This document shows positions 1 through 9,994 of a DNA stretch of 64,000 nt, piece by piece. The stretch lies in the IMG/VR virus record IMGVR_UViG_3300014208_001433, positions 29,134 through 93,133 of that record; one strand, 5' to 3'. Numbering within the stretch: position 1 is the first letter of the stretch; the number at the start of each line of letters is the position of its first letter. The notes beneath the pieces were generated by a model, which worked only from the letters and a program-made list of their open reading frames with translations, made no database searches and had not been told where the DNA came from. The DNA is from a virus. The position numbers and the translations under genes were made by a program.

Positions 1-770
1 AGGATAGGTTTATTATCGGTTTGGGGTACGGTGAAACGATTGACGCGAAGAGGATGGAGTTGTTTATCGATTCAGAGATTGAGGTTATTCTTACGAACAA
101 AAAGCCGGTAATTGATGTACTTGTAATAATCGAACCAACGCCAGGTTGTCCGGTTGATTATCTTAAAATAGGCGATATCCTTTCAATCTTCTTAAAAGCA
201 TTCCCGAACATAAAATCCGCAAACAGTGATCACTTCCAGAACGAAAAATTAAGGCAGGAGATAATTGCCAAGGGGATTGATGCACAGACTTACAACTTCA
301 GCAATAAGCAGCAAGTGAAGCTTTACGAAATGGTAAGGTGGAATACTTGGAATAACAACATTGCTATTTGTGGAGATGATGAAGAGACGCACAAAGTACA
401 AATTCTTTTAGTTAAAATTTCTCCCTCCGGACTTTGGGTATTGGAAGGGGAAAAGCTTATGAACTTAGGAAATAAAATCGATCACCCGGCGGGATACAGC
501 AAGGATGTGCAGGACGTTGTAGCAATATTAAACCACGATATTATGGCGCTTGAGACGCAAGGAGTAGCAGGCATGGCAGATGGAATAGACGGACTGAGTG
601 AAAGCAAGTTGCGGGAACTTGCAGAGCGGTTTATGGATATTAAGAGCGACTTATTAAGGGAAGAAGTTGAACCGGACAAGATGCTGAAGATGATAGCGGA
701 AAAGATGAATCTTGACTTGCGGCGCACAGTAAAGTTAGCCGAATATGTAAGGGAAATTTATGATTATTGA
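1..770 (+). CDS. Terminase large subunit, C-terminal nuclease region (5'-truncated by window)
   Basis: Frame is open from position 3. Motifs DHFQNEKLRQEIIAKGI and KIDHPAGYSKDVQDVVA resemble the 'KxDHPxxxSKDxxDAV' end of myovirus TerL nuclease domains. Lies upstream of the portal. Confidence 0.65.
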   Translation, partial: DRFIIGLGYGETIDAKRMELFIDSEIEVILTNKKPVIDVLVIIEPTPGCPVDYLKIGDILSIFLKAFPNIKSANSDHFQNEKLRQEIIAKGIDAQTYNFSNKQQVKLYEMVRWNTWNNNIAICGDDEETHKVQILLVKISPSGLWVLEGEKLMNLGNKIDHPAGYSKDVQDVVAILNHDIMALETQGVAGMADGIDGLSESKLRELAERFMDIKSDLLREEVEPDKMLKMIAEKMNLDLRRTVKLAEYVREIYDY

Positions 771-1098
771 TGGACAAGTTAAAATGAGAGAGAAGCGGAT
801 TTGTGAATATCCGCCGTGTAATAACGAGGTAACATCTCCAAACAAAGCGGTAACACATTGCTGTTGTGAATGCGGGTGTGCTCACCGATTGTTGAAGGTG
901 AAGAACTGTAAACAATGCGGAGGGGAAATTGATAGGAAGGGATTTATCTGTAAAAAGTGTTTTAGGGAAAATGACGAAGCGCAGCATAAAAAGGATAATG
1001 CAAAAAGAGGGGGGAGAAAGAAATCTGATTTTGAAAAGAAGTATGAAATCCCCTTACGGCATGACATAGTTGCGCGAGCGTATGGATGGGTGAGCTAA
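760..1098 (+). CDS. Cys-rich putative zinc-finger protein
   Basis: CxxxxC, CCCECGC and two CxxC motifs; overlaps the upstream stop. Confidence 0.55.
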   Translation: MIIDGQVKMREKRICEYPPCNNEVTSPNKAVTHCCCECGCAHRLLKVKNCKQCGGEIDRKGFICKKCFRENDEAQHKKDNAKRGGRKKSDFEKKYEIPLRHDIVARAYGWVS

Positions 1099-1277
1099 GA
1101 AGAAAATTATAAATGTTAATATATGATTTATCTTATATAATAACTTTGAGGAAAATATATGTTAAGTTTGAAACTGAAATATAAAATTAAATACTACTAC
1201 ACAAAGGTTTGCCATTTGTTAGGCTTTTGCCCAAAGTGTTTTACGAATGTTAATTATACGCAAAGCGGCAAAGCTAT

Positions 1278-3182
1278 TTGTCCCAAAGGATGCAAGTATT
1301 GAGAAATATAATATTACAAGGGAATGTACTCGAAAGGTTGAAAGATATGGAAGCCGGAAGGGTACACTGCATGATAACTTCACCACCTTATTATGGAGTT
1401 AGAAATTACGGAACACAGCCGCAGATATGGAAGCCGGAAGGGTACACTGCATGCGGCGAACATGAATTTTATGAAGGGGAAAAGAAACATAATTTAGGCG
1501 GATGCAGCAGCAAAAGCACATTAAGGGATACCCCCGGACAAAAGGCAAAAGAGAATTGGGCAAAAGGTGTTAGTTGTGAGCATGAGTTTGATAATAGTAT
1601 TTCTGTAAAAGACAAAGCGCAGAAAGATTTTTCAAAAAGCGGATTGAAGAATGACGGAAGACCGGAAGAAAAGAGAATAGCCACACTAATAAATTCCAAA
1701 TATCATACTTGTGAACATGAGTTTGAAGAGAAAACAAATCAATTAGCTGAAGGGAAAATTGGGGCGAAGACTACTTTAGATTATGGCAACGCTAAAAACA
1801 ACAATAATTCTTACGCGACTAAAAAGAAAGAATATGTTTCCGGTTTCTGTTTAAAGTGCGGTGCATGGAAAGGGGAACTTGGACTTGAACCAACGCCGGA
1901 GCTTTACATAGAACATGTTGTACAAATCTTCCGTGAGATAAAAAGAGTATTGAGAAAGGACGGTACGGCATGGTTGAACCTTGGCGATAGTTATTGGGGA
2001 AGCGGAAATGCAAGCGGGCACACAGAAGAAACTGAAAACTTTGGACTGAAAACCGATAGTTACGGCACAACCAAAGGGCATACCACAAAGAAACATACCA
2101 TTTTAAAACCAAAAGATCTGATAGGAATACCCTGGAGAGTTGCAATAGCTTTACAGCAAGACGGCTGGTGGTTAAGGAGCGATATAATTTGGAGCAAAAA
2201 GAACCCGATGCCGGAGAGTGTAACGGATAGACCAACAAAAGCGCATGAGTACATATTCTTGCTTACGAAAAGTCAAAAGTATTATTACGACGCAGAAGCG
2301 ATAAGAGAAGAACCGGCGAGTGGTCCAAGTGATTTGAAAAAGATGTATGAGCAGAAAGATAGGATTGGAGGGAAGACGCTTAATGCTGATGACCCGTTGT
2401 ATAAAGCAAATATGTCAACCAATATAGGACAGAAACGTGGAGTTGGTGATCCTTCGGGAAGGAATAAGCGGAGTGTTTGGGAGGTAACCACAACGCCGTT
2501 TGCGGAGGCGCACTTTGCTACATTTCCTCAAAAGCTGATTGAACCTTGCATACTTGCCGGAACGAGTGAACGCGGAGTTTGTGCGGAATGCGGGAAGCCG
2601 TATGAAAGGATTTTGGAGAAAGTTTCTAAAAGAGATTTCTTGAAAGATGCAGACAAACAATACCGAAGCAGAGCAACCGAGCATCAAATAACGCCGAAAG
2701 ATCAACCGAACCGAGGTTCGGTTGATAGGGTGACAAGTGTTAATGAGGATACAGAACAAAAAATGCGGATGTATAACAGCAAGTACAATGAAGCGGAGAC
2801 GGGGCAGCAGCTTAACGCATTTATGAGGGAACAAACCATAGTTGCAGAAAGAGATGAGAGCAGAATTGAAGCGGAGGAGTTGTACCCGGGTGATCCTTTA
2901 ATGCAGAAAAAGTACATAAATTATATTCACGAACACGGGCAGCTAAGAAAAACCAAAACAATAGGCTGGAAGAAAACTTGCAAGTGTGAGACGGACAAAG
3001 TAAAACCGGCGATAGTGCTTGATCCTTTCTTTGGTGCCGGAACAACCGGTTTAGTTGCGCTGAGGAGCGGAAGAAATTTCATAGGGATAGAGTTGAACGA
3101 AAATTACATAAAGATTGCTGAGAAAAGGTTAGCTCCATTTATGCTAAACTTGTTCGATCAACCGGAAGAGGAGGCAGCGTAA
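1278..3182 (+). CDS. Orphan beta-class DNA methyltransferase (probably N4-cytosine) with Cys/His-rich insertions
   Basis: Catalytic TSPPY near the N-terminus, IIWSKKNPMPESVTDRPTKAHEYIFLL, HFATFP and SAM motif VLDPFFGAGTTG near the C-terminus. True start may be a few codons downstream. Confidence 0.9.
   Translation: MSQRMQVLRNIILQGNVLERLKDMEAGRVHCMITSPPYYGVRNYGTQPQIWKPEGYTACGEHEFYEGEKKHNLGGCSSKSTLRDTPGQKAKENWAKGVSCEHEFDNSISVKDKAQKDFSKSGLKNDGRPEEKRIATLINSKYHTCEHEFEEKTNQLAEGKIGAKTTLDYGNAKNNNNSYATKKKEYVSGFCLKCGAWKGELGLEPTPELYIEHVVQIFREIKRVLRKDGTAWLNLGDSYWGSGNASGHTEETENFGLKTDSYGTTKGHTTKKHTILKPKDLIGIPWRVAIALQQDGWWLRSDIIWSKKNPMPESVTDRPTKAHEYIFLLTKSQKYYYDAEAIREEPASGPSDLKKMYEQKDRIGGKTLNADDPLYKANMSTNIGQKRGVGDPSGRNKRSVWEVTTTPFAEAHFATFPQKLIEPCILAGTSERGVCAECGKPYERILEKVSKRDFLKDADKQYRSRATEHQITPKDQPNRGSVDRVTSVNEDTEQKMRMYNSKYNEAETGQQLNAFMREQTIVAERDESRIEAEELYPGDPLMQKKYINYIHEHGQLRKTKTIGWKKTCKCETDKVKPAIVLDPFFGAGTTGLVALRSGRNFIGIELNENYIKIAEKRLAPFMLNLFDQPEEEAA
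1343..1453 (+). repeat. 31-bp perfect direct repeat (1343-1373, 1423-1453) flanking the SPPY codons
   Basis: agatatggaagccggaagggtacactgcatg occurs twice, 80 nt apart. Confidence 0.95.
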
Positions 3183-3616
3183 TGGGAAGGTTTAGCGGAT
3201 GGACAGCGGGAGCAGTTGCAAAATTGCAAAATAACAAGATTGAAAGATTTGATGATAAAGAGAGTACGATTAAGATTAGGATTAAGAAAAAGGATGAGGA
3301 GGATGTTATCGGGAAAATTGTTTCGGCTTTGAGCGCAATTGGATTTAAGGCAACAAGGGAATATAAGTTTTTGAGGGACAGAAGGTTTCGCTTCGACATG
3401 GCATTACCGGCACATAAAATTGCATTTGAATTTGAAGGAGGCGTATATAGCCAAGGAAGACATGTAAGAGGAAAAGGATACACCAATGATTGCAAAAAAT
3501 ATACCTTAGCCGCGATGGAAGGATGGACATTGTTAAGATATACGGTTGATGTTACCAAGGAAAAGAATTATGAGTACCGGATAGCTGATGATATTAGGAG
3601 GCTGATTGAAAAGTGA
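3182..3616 (+). CDS. PD-(D/E)xK endonuclease, Vsr/DUF559-like
   Basis: EYKF..RRFRFDMA...KIAFEFEGG..GRH..G..DCKKY..A...GWTLLRYT; TAATG coupling to the methylase. Confidence 0.8.
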   Translation: MGRFSGWTAGAVAKLQNNKIERFDDKESTIKIRIKKKDEEDVIGKIVSALSAIGFKATREYKFLRDRRFRFDMALPAHKIAFEFEGGVYSQGRHVRGKGYTNDCKKYTLAAMEGWTLLRYTVDVTKEKNYEYRIADDIRRLIEK

Positions 3617-3947
3617 CGGCGACATACTGTTTTTGCGGATAAAAAATGTTGCTTTGCAGAATCCGCAACGGGATGAGGAGTTTAAGGATTTGGTTAGAGA
3701 GCAAATACCGGGGAGTGAATTTCATCATGTATTTACAAGTACGGTAGGGATGAAGAGCACGGATTTATTGGGTGTAGCGGTAAGACCGGAAGATCACAAT
3801 GAAAACCAAACGAACCGGGATTGGTTAATTGAGAAGATCCCGGGAGCAATAAGAAATTTAATAATGTATGTAATTAAGCTGAAGAAGGAAATTATTCAAT
3901 TTAAAAAGGAGCTGAGAGATGAGCGAAATAAAAAATCCGTTGGGTGA
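3606..3947 (+). CDS. Hypothetical protein, possibly degenerate HNH-like
   Basis: ORF in a coupled operon; EFHHV...D...H pattern, weak. Confidence 0.45.
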   Translation: MKSDGDILFLRIKNVALQNPQRDEEFKDLVREQIPGSEFHHVFTSTVGMKSTDLLGVAVRPEDHNENQTNRDWLIEKIPGAIRNLIMYVIKLKKEIIQFKKELRDERNKKSVG

Positions 3948-4149
3948 AATAATAAGTGATGAGCAGTTTGAGCAATTGCAAAAGAAAGGAGTGCTTGATT
4001 TTATTGCGATAAGAAATATCGGAATAAGAAAAGAGTATTTCCGGTTACGTGAGTTAAGAATAAACTCAAATGCATGCATTGAGTTATTGATGGATGAATA
4101 CAAGTCGTTAGCCTTTGAAACGATAAGAAAGATCGTGATGAACAAATGA
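3919..4149 (+). CDS. Hypothetical small protein
   Basis: AGGAG SD; coupled to neighbours. Confidence 0.55.
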   Translation: MSEIKNPLGEIISDEQFEQLQKKGVLDFIAIRNIGIRKEYFRLRELRINSNACIELLMDEYKSLAFETIRKIVMNK

Positions 4150-4625
4150 AAGAAAGATTAGACATAAACGCGGAAAAGATTTTAGAGGAAGCCATAGAGA
4201 TAGCTGAGGGCTTGGCTTGCGGTTATAGCAACGAGAGCGGCGATGCTATGAGCACTTATCTTAGTGTGTTGGTTACTTACCTTGCCCGTTTGCCGAAGAT
4301 GGAAGCAGACGCGGAGTACTTAATGAATTACAGCAAGGGAGATTATGGAGATACGGAAGCGAAGAAGCCGAAAAAAGATCAGTTGATGGCTACACATTTT
4401 AAGGAAGTAATGGGGAGAGAGGTAGCTGTTTATGCAAGGGTTTACAAATTTATTTATAGACTAAATAAAAACATAATTGAGATACAGAAATCTGTAATAA
4501 CGCAGCTTAGTTACTTAAAATCAACGATGCCAAGGAATATTAATGAAAGTGAGTTGATAAAGAAGATAGAGGGCTTAACTCGGGAAGTTTCGGCGCTGAA
4601 GAAGTGGAAAGAAGAAATACTTTAG
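4146..4625 (+). CDS. Hypothetical helical protein
   Basis: ATGA overlap with the upstream ORF. Confidence 0.6.
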   Translation: MKERLDINAEKILEEAIEIAEGLACGYSNESGDAMSTYLSVLVTYLARLPKMEADAEYLMNYSKGDYGDTEAKKPKKDQLMATHFKEVMGREVAVYARVYKFIYRLNKNIIEIQKSVITQLSYLKSTMPRNINESELIKKIEGLTREVSALKKWKEEIL

Positions 4626-4892
4626 TTGAAAGTAGAAAGTAGAAAGGAAAGCAAGATGTGTGTAATGGTTTACAAGGGAGAGGAAGTGATTGGAACGGTG
4701 GGAGAGTTGAAAAAGGAGTTCCCGGATGTGCCGTTAATTCTTTGCAACGGTTATGAGAATAGTGAGGTGAGGGATGAGTATTGTTTGTGTCCGATTGACC
4801 TGGACAAAATGTTTAAGGGCGCGGGGATAAGTTTTAAATACGATTATGATTATGATTATACCATTTTAAATAAAGTAGAAGAAATAAAATGA
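4626..4892 (+). CDS. Hypothetical protein
   Basis: ORF in operon; start may be the ATG at 4656. Confidence 0.5.
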   Translation: MKVESRKESKMCVMVYKGEEVIGTVGELKKEFPDVPLILCNGYENSEVRDEYCLCPIDLDKMFKGAGISFKYDYDYDYTILNKVEEIK

Positions 4893-5287
4893 AATTTGGT
4901 ATTGAGATAGTTTTAAGCATTACACATAAGAAATTAATAACAAGTATGGACAATGTTTACAAGATATTGAACTATATGCTTGATGATAATCTATTTACAC
5001 ACCAATTACCAAGAGCCGCGCGTTTTTGCAAAAGTTTTGTTATTGCCGAGCATCCACAATTAGACGAATGGAATGATTTTAACGAACAGATAACTTCTGA
5101 AAATTATAAAGAGTATGTTGAAAAAGCCGAAACAATGTTTGGTAAGGAATTAGAAATATCAAAAGTGCCAGGAGGTGTTTGGACTTTAAAAGATGCGGTT
5201 GAAGAACTTGAGGGAATGGTCCCCAAAGAAAAAATTATAAGTATAAAGATTGAAGATAAGTCCAATAATAATATTTGCTTAAACTAA
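4889..5287 (+). CDS. Hypothetical phage protein
   Basis: ATGA overlap; 132 aa. Confidence 0.6.
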   Translation: MKFGIEIVLSITHKKLITSMDNVYKILNYMLDDNLFTHQLPRAARFCKSFVIAEHPQLDEWNDFNEQITSENYKEYVEKAETMFGKELEISKVPGGVWTLKDAVEELEGMVPKEKIISIKIEDKSNNNICLN

Positions 5288-5302
5288 AAATGAAAGTGAA
5301 CA

Positions 5303-5497
5303 ATGAAGAAAAAAGAAGATCCGGTTTATTTGTTGCAGGAGGCAAGAAACGGGCTTTATGTAGCAGAGTTAGGGCATACAACGCAAGCAGTTTATGGTAG
5401 AAGGTTTACGGAAAAGGAAGCGGAGAAGTATTTGAGAAAGCATCCTGAGGGTTATGAAAAGATATTGGTGCGGGAATGGGAAGAGGGGCATCTTTAG
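5303..5497 (+). CDS. Hypothetical protein
   Basis: Short ORF in the operon direction. Confidence 0.45.
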   Translation: MKKKEDPVYLLQEARNGLYVAELGHTTQAVYGRRFTEKEAEKYLRKHPEGYEKILVREWEEGHL

Positions 5498-5683
5498 ACA
5501 ATGGGTAAGGCGGTAAGAAAAAGAATGTGTACCGGGAAAAAAGTTTATAAAACTTTCTTTCAGGCTTTTGTGTATGCATGTAAATATAGTCAACGTATTT
5601 ATCGATGTCCATTTTGCAAAAAATATCATTTGTCGTCAAAAGATACATGGATACCGAAAGTAAAAAAATAGAAGGACTAACAA

Positions 5684-5986
5684 ATGAAAATCAATGGAGA
5701 AGAGATAAATGTTTTGGAGGAGGGGAAGGAAAGTTTGTTGGATGAGACGGTGAATAAGTTTTTTGTGATCAAGAAGTTTCTACAGGAAAACAAACTACCG
5801 CCGCATGAGAGTAATTATGTCAAATACTTTAGGGAAAATTATAAGTTAGAGTTTGATGTTGAGGAAATGATTGAATTCCGTTCTTTTTGTGAAGAGGATT
5901 ACGCGGGTTGGAAACAGTCGCAGATAGCAGATGAATTTGCGCGGGGAGGATCGTTTGTGGACTTAAAAGGTATGGGGCTTGAGTAA
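5684..5986 (+). CDS. Hypothetical protein
   Basis: AAGGA SD upstream. Confidence 0.55.
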   Translation: MKINGEEINVLEEGKESLLDETVNKFFVIKKFLQENKLPPHESNYVKYFRENYKLEFDVEEMIEFRSFCEEDYAGWKQSQIADEFARGGSFVDLKGMGLE

Positions 5987-6054
5987 TTCCGCCAGAGGCG
6001 GACAAGTAGGAATTGTCAATTAGGAATTAGGAATTAAAACCAAAGGAGAACAAT

Positions 6055-6351
6055 ATGGAAAATCTATTATGGCAAAAAGAAAAACCAAATTACGCTTGCG
6101 TATTCTTAACAAGATACAACGGCGAATATAATCTTTGGAAGTTCGTTTGGGAACCCGGAGAACCTCCCGAAACTGAACACGATGAAGAAAGTAGATATTA
6201 TTATTTAGCGTGGACAGATAAAGACGGCGATACTTGGGATGACATTGAAGAATGCACTTATGATGAATATCTCGTTTTAGAAAAACTTCCAACGATGGAA
6301 CAAGTGCACGAACAGTACATTGAATCTTTAAAACAAAATATTGATTACTGA
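6055..6351 (+). CDS. Hypothetical acidic protein
   Basis: AAGGAG SD upstream. Confidence 0.6.
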   Translation: MENLLWQKEKPNYACVFLTRYNGEYNLWKFVWEPGEPPETEHDEESRYYYLAWTDKDGDTWDDIEECTYDEYLVLEKLPTMEQVHEQYIESLKQNIDY

Positions 6352-6363
6352 GAAGGAAGGATT

Positions 6364-6579
6364 ATGAAAGAAAATGGCAAATATTATCCTATAGAAAACG
6401 GATTAATCCCGTTAAAAGGTGGAAAGTGTTTTGAATATAACTTACAAACCGAACTAACAAGAGAAAAATACCAACGTACTTTAGCAGCTACCATTATTTC
6501 GTCTTGCGAAATTATTTGCGAGAGAGACAATCCCATCCCTACCCTTCCCCTTATCAAGGGGAAGGAGAATGAAAGTTGA
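6364..6579 (+). CDS. Hypothetical protein whose 3' end runs through a REP-like hairpin
   Basis: GGAAGG SD; C-terminal PIPTLPLIKGKE is encoded by the hairpin. Confidence 0.4.
   Translation: MKENGKYYPIENGLIPLKGGKCFEYNLQTELTREKYQRTLAATIISSCEIICERDNPIPTLPLIKGKENES
6531..6565. repeat. REP-like GC hairpin, copy 1
   Basis: ccttcccctt-atc-aaggggaagg preceded by cccatccctac. Confidence 0.75.
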
Positions 6580-6581
6580 AT

Positions 6582-6617
6582 TTTCAACCCTTCGGAGAAT
6601 AAATAAATAACTAAATC
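6582..6617 (+). promoter_or_regulatory. Putative phage late promoter, copy 1 (portal)
   Basis: TTTCAACCCTTCGGAGA-N13-TAAATC. Confidence 0.75.
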
Positions 6618-6654
6618 GGATTGTTAGTTTGTTAATATATAGGAACTCATCACA

Positions 6655-8454
6655 ATGAACATATTTTTAGACGAAAGCGCAAAAAATCCCAAAGATACCG
6701 AAGAACATGTACAAAGTACGGAGGAATTGTTAGACGGTATGATGATGGATGAAGCGTTGCAAAAACGTTTGAACGAGCAAGGAAAATCGGGGGGAATAGT
6801 TTTACCGCTTGCGGAGGAGATGAATTCCGTATTACAAGAGATTGAAGGTTTTAATTTTGAATATTCCGGACAGCAAAGGATCATCAATTGGGAGAACATG
6901 GATGTGCCGTACCGTGTATTAAGACGGGCAGGCAATACTGAAGCGGGAAGATTGGTGAAGAACCATCGGCGGCTTGGTTTGTCGCAATATGGAAGAGTCC
7001 CAAAGGCGGACGGGATACAAAGAGGCGGCAGGCTTATCTTTTGTGATCCAGATTATTCACCCACGAAAGATGAAAAGTTAAGGTTAAGAATTTGGGAAGA
7101 TAAGATTTTTAAGAATTTCTTTTTCCCGGCAAACGATAGATGGGCGAACTTTGCAAAGTTTATTGGGAACGCTTATGAGGATTGGTTTGATTATGATGAC
7201 ATAACTTGTGAGATTAGGCGTGACGGATTAGGCGACCCGATAGCGATGCATTTGCAAGACCCGATTATTTATAAACCGGTTTTGAAGAAGAGCAGGGTTT
7301 ATCCTAATTGGCGAGGCGAGGAAGACTATATGACACCTTATCTTGAAGATTGGGAAACAATGGTAACAGGTAAACGGGCTTTTATTGGTGAGGATGAATT
7401 ACCGGTAGAACCGGATTTTGTATTGCATTACAATAACATGCGATTAGGAGCAACAACGGATTATAACGTAAGAAAGTTCCACTTTTTTACCAGGAGCGAT
7501 TTTAGGTTTACACAAAGAGGTTACGGGATAGTTGAACAATCTATTAACATTCTAACTTACATTATTAACGCGCTGAAGATGAACGCAAGTAATTTTATGA
7601 ACAACAAATTACCCAAAGGATTCGTGCTATTCACCGGCGGCGGAATTGGAGCGCTTCAGCTAGAGAAATTGAAAAAGGTAATGAGCGCGTACATGGGCGG
7701 AACCGCGCCAAACCGTTTTCCGATAATGGGATTGAACAGCGAGAAAGGGGATGGGAAATGGGTAGGGATAGGCGGGAATAGTCGTGAGATGGAATATCAT
7801 TTATGGATAACATTATTGTTTTCTATTTTTTGCCGGTTGAGTGGAACAGATCCGCGCGAAGTTAGTTTAGGCGCACACAGTGATGCAATTCGACCACAGA
7901 GTATAGGGGAAAAAAGCGCGGACGGAGTTGTAAACGAGAATAGGGATATGGGTGAAAGAACTTTTCTTACGCATCTGAAAGATTCACTTAACGTTACGGA
8001 TAAATACGGATTGAATTTATTTCAGCAGATCACTCAGATGAAAGTTGAGTTGGATTTTGCCGGGTTTGAAATTGAAGATAAGAAACTAAAGCAAGAAATA
8101 ACAAAGTTGAATTTACAGACTTTCAAAAGCTTTAATGATGTTTTGGCAGAAGAGGACAAAGAGAAATACACGTTAATGATTGATGAGGAGACGAATCTTT
8201 TTGACATCCCCGGAGTAAATAGTGAAGTAATAAGATCTGCGGTTCAGTTTAAGATGCAATCTTTTTCAAATAAGCAAGCGGCAGAACAGCAGCAGCAGGC
8301 AGTTGGCAGTGATCAGTCGGCAGTAGGCAATGGTGAACAAGGACAGCCAGGAGGAGAGGAAGGGAGTGACGGATTAACTGAGGATGATAAGGCGCTAATT
8401 GAAAAATACAAAGGAGCTAGTAATGTTGAGATTGATAAGGAGTTGCAGCAATGA
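6655..8454 (+). CDS. Portal protein
   Basis: 599 aa. Portal-like segments EIRRDGLGDPIAMHLQDP, GYGIVEQSINIL..IINA..NASNF.NNKLPKG and EMEYHLW...IFCRLSGTDPREV; acidic Gln-rich tail. Confidence 0.85.
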   Translation: MNIFLDESAKNPKDTEEHVQSTEELLDGMMMDEALQKRLNEQGKSGGIVLPLAEEMNSVLQEIEGFNFEYSGQQRIINWENMDVPYRVLRRAGNTEAGRLVKNHRRLGLSQYGRVPKADGIQRGGRLIFCDPDYSPTKDEKLRLRIWEDKIFKNFFFPANDRWANFAKFIGNAYEDWFDYDDITCEIRRDGLGDPIAMHLQDPIIYKPVLKKSRVYPNWRGEEDYMTPYLEDWETMVTGKRAFIGEDELPVEPDFVLHYNNMRLGATTDYNVRKFHFFTRSDFRFTQRGYGIVEQSINILTYIINALKMNASNFMNNKLPKGFVLFTGGGIGALQLEKLKKVMSAYMGGTAPNRFPIMGLNSEKGDGKWVGIGGNSREMEYHLWITLLFSIFCRLSGTDPREVSLGAHSDAIRPQSIGEKSADGVVNENRDMGERTFLTHLKDSLNVTDKYGLNLFQQITQMKVELDFAGFEIEDKKLKQEITKLNLQTFKSFNDVLAEEDKEKYTLMIDEETNLFDIPGVNSEVIRSAVQFKMQSFSNKQAAEQQQQAVGSDQSAVGNGEQGQPGGEEGSDGLTEDDKALIEKYKGASNVEIDKELQQ

Positions 8455-8738
8455 TAATTATTAAAATTTGGGGGCAGAAAGTTTTAGAAGTTGAAGGAAT
8501 TGAAACAAAGGGAACGGTAAATAATTTTCATTATGCTAATTGCGTGTTTGGGCAGCCTATTGTTGCAACAATGAAGAGTGAGGGGGCAACGGCACAGCGA
8601 GAGGTTAAGAGAGAAACAATATCCGAAGAAAAATATCTTGAAATGGTTAAGAAAGTTTCGGATAAAACCGGTTTTAATGCAAGTGAAATAGAATGGATTT
8701 TACGTACAGCCGAAGGATATTTGGGAGGAGTTGAATAG
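8451..8738 (+). CDS. Hypothetical protein
   Basis: Coupled to the portal and the next gene. Confidence 0.55.
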   Translation: MIIIKIWGQKVLEVEGIETKGTVNNFHYANCVFGQPIVATMKSEGATAQREVKRETISEEKYLEMVKKVSDKTGFNASEIEWILRTAEGYLGGVE

Positions 8739-9790
8739 TGTTAATCTCACCGCTTGACGGAAAAATTCTGCATTTAAAAGAATTAGGAATGATTGAACAA
8801 ATCCTTTTTGAAGAGGTTATTTCTCCCGAAGATTTTTACAAGGAACTAACATCATTTCTAAAGAAGAATTACGACCTTGATAGTAGGGCGATGTTTACCA
8901 CACAGGAACTTGAGCAGGTTGATTCCTTTATTAAAAATTACTTTACTACAAAAATAAACGAAGCGAAGGTTTGGCTTTTACGCGCGTATGTAATGGGGCG
9001 ATATTTAGCGCATACCGATCTAACCGGGAACATCTTCAGACTTGGGAATTTAAGCAGCTTACCAAAATATGTAACGGACGCGGCAAAGCAGTACGGACTT
9101 AGCATTGAGGAGGCAATGGCATTACAGCAGGCAGTAGAAGAAAGCGCCGTGCTGATGACTAACACAACGCAGAGCACCATCCAGACAGTACGTGAGGCAC
9201 TTGTTGAAAACGTTAAGACACGAGGGGACGGGAAAAAGTTAATTGGCAAGTTGCGGGAACTTTGCAAGGATGACGTGGGCGAAATTAATAGGAATTGGAA
9301 AAGGACAGCAATTACTGAAGCCAATTATATTTTTAATAACGGTTTTATATCAATGCAGGAAGAAGGCGCTTATGTTGTTGGACTAAGCATGCCGGATGCT
9401 TGCGGATTTTGTGCCGCTGAGATTAACGGGCAAGTTTTTAAAGTAAGAAAAGATATTCCGCCGGATTACACAACTATGAAGGGAGCGGAATATGAGAAGT
9501 GGGCGAAGGTTTGGGAAACTGAAATTTGGGTAGGTAAAAATAATTACGGCAGAAGTACAAGCAATCGTAAACGGATTGATAAGCACAGAGGGAATAAGGA
9601 AGATAATTTGCGGGAGAAAGAACATCATGAACATTCGATGCCCGTTTGCCCGGCACACCCAGAATGTCATTGCAGATGGGTTGGTATTAAACCGGAGTTT
9701 ATGTGGATTGACGAACATGGACAAATGAGGGCACGGGTTGAAGATGAAGATAAATGGCAAGAATGGTACGAGAATACAATTACGAATTAG
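8738..9790 (+). CDS. MuF/SPP1 gp7-like head morphogenesis protein
   Basis: RNWKRTAITE, DACGFC and PAHPECHCRW motifs; follows the portal. Confidence 0.75.
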   Translation: MLISPLDGKILHLKELGMIEQILFEEVISPEDFYKELTSFLKKNYDLDSRAMFTTQELEQVDSFIKNYFTTKINEAKVWLLRAYVMGRYLAHTDLTGNIFRLGNLSSLPKYVTDAAKQYGLSIEEAMALQQAVEESAVLMTNTTQSTIQTVREALVENVKTRGDGKKLIGKLRELCKDDVGEINRNWKRTAITEANYIFNNGFISMQEEGAYVVGLSMPDACGFCAAEINGQVFKVRKDIPPDYTTMKGAEYEKWAKVWETEIWVGKNNYGRSTSNRKRIDKHRGNKEDNLREKEHHEHSMPVCPAHPECHCRWVGIKPEFMWIDEHGQMRARVEDEDKWQEWYENTITN

Positions 9791-9808
9791 GAATTAGGAG
9801 AAAACATT

Positions 9809-9994
9809 ATGAAAAATTTATTGAAGAAAGTTAAAGTGTTTTTTAAGGGGTTGTTCCCGAATATAGGGAAGGAAGTTAAACCGGTTGTGATTGAAGAGAT
9901 TGTACCGAAGCTTGGACCAAAGAAGCGAAAAAGAATTGTTAAAAAGGTAAAGAGCGGAGCGCAAACGATTAATGAAAAGGGAAAAAGGAAATGA
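9809..9994 (+). CDS. Small basic hypothetical protein
   Basis: AGGAG SD; Lys-rich. Confidence 0.5.
   Translation: MKNLLKKVKVFFKGLFPNIGKEVKPVVIEEIVPKLGPKKRKRIVKKVKSGAQTINEKGKRK

Noticed and set aside
1163-1170. TAAGTTTG promoter upstream of the first methylase
   Set aside because: No TTG at the expected 19-21 nt spacing and an AT-rich context; plausible but unsupported.
1278-3616. Methylase plus nuclease as a restriction-modification pair
   Set aside because: The nuclease is a small Vsr/DUF559-like type common in phages, not a recognisable REase.
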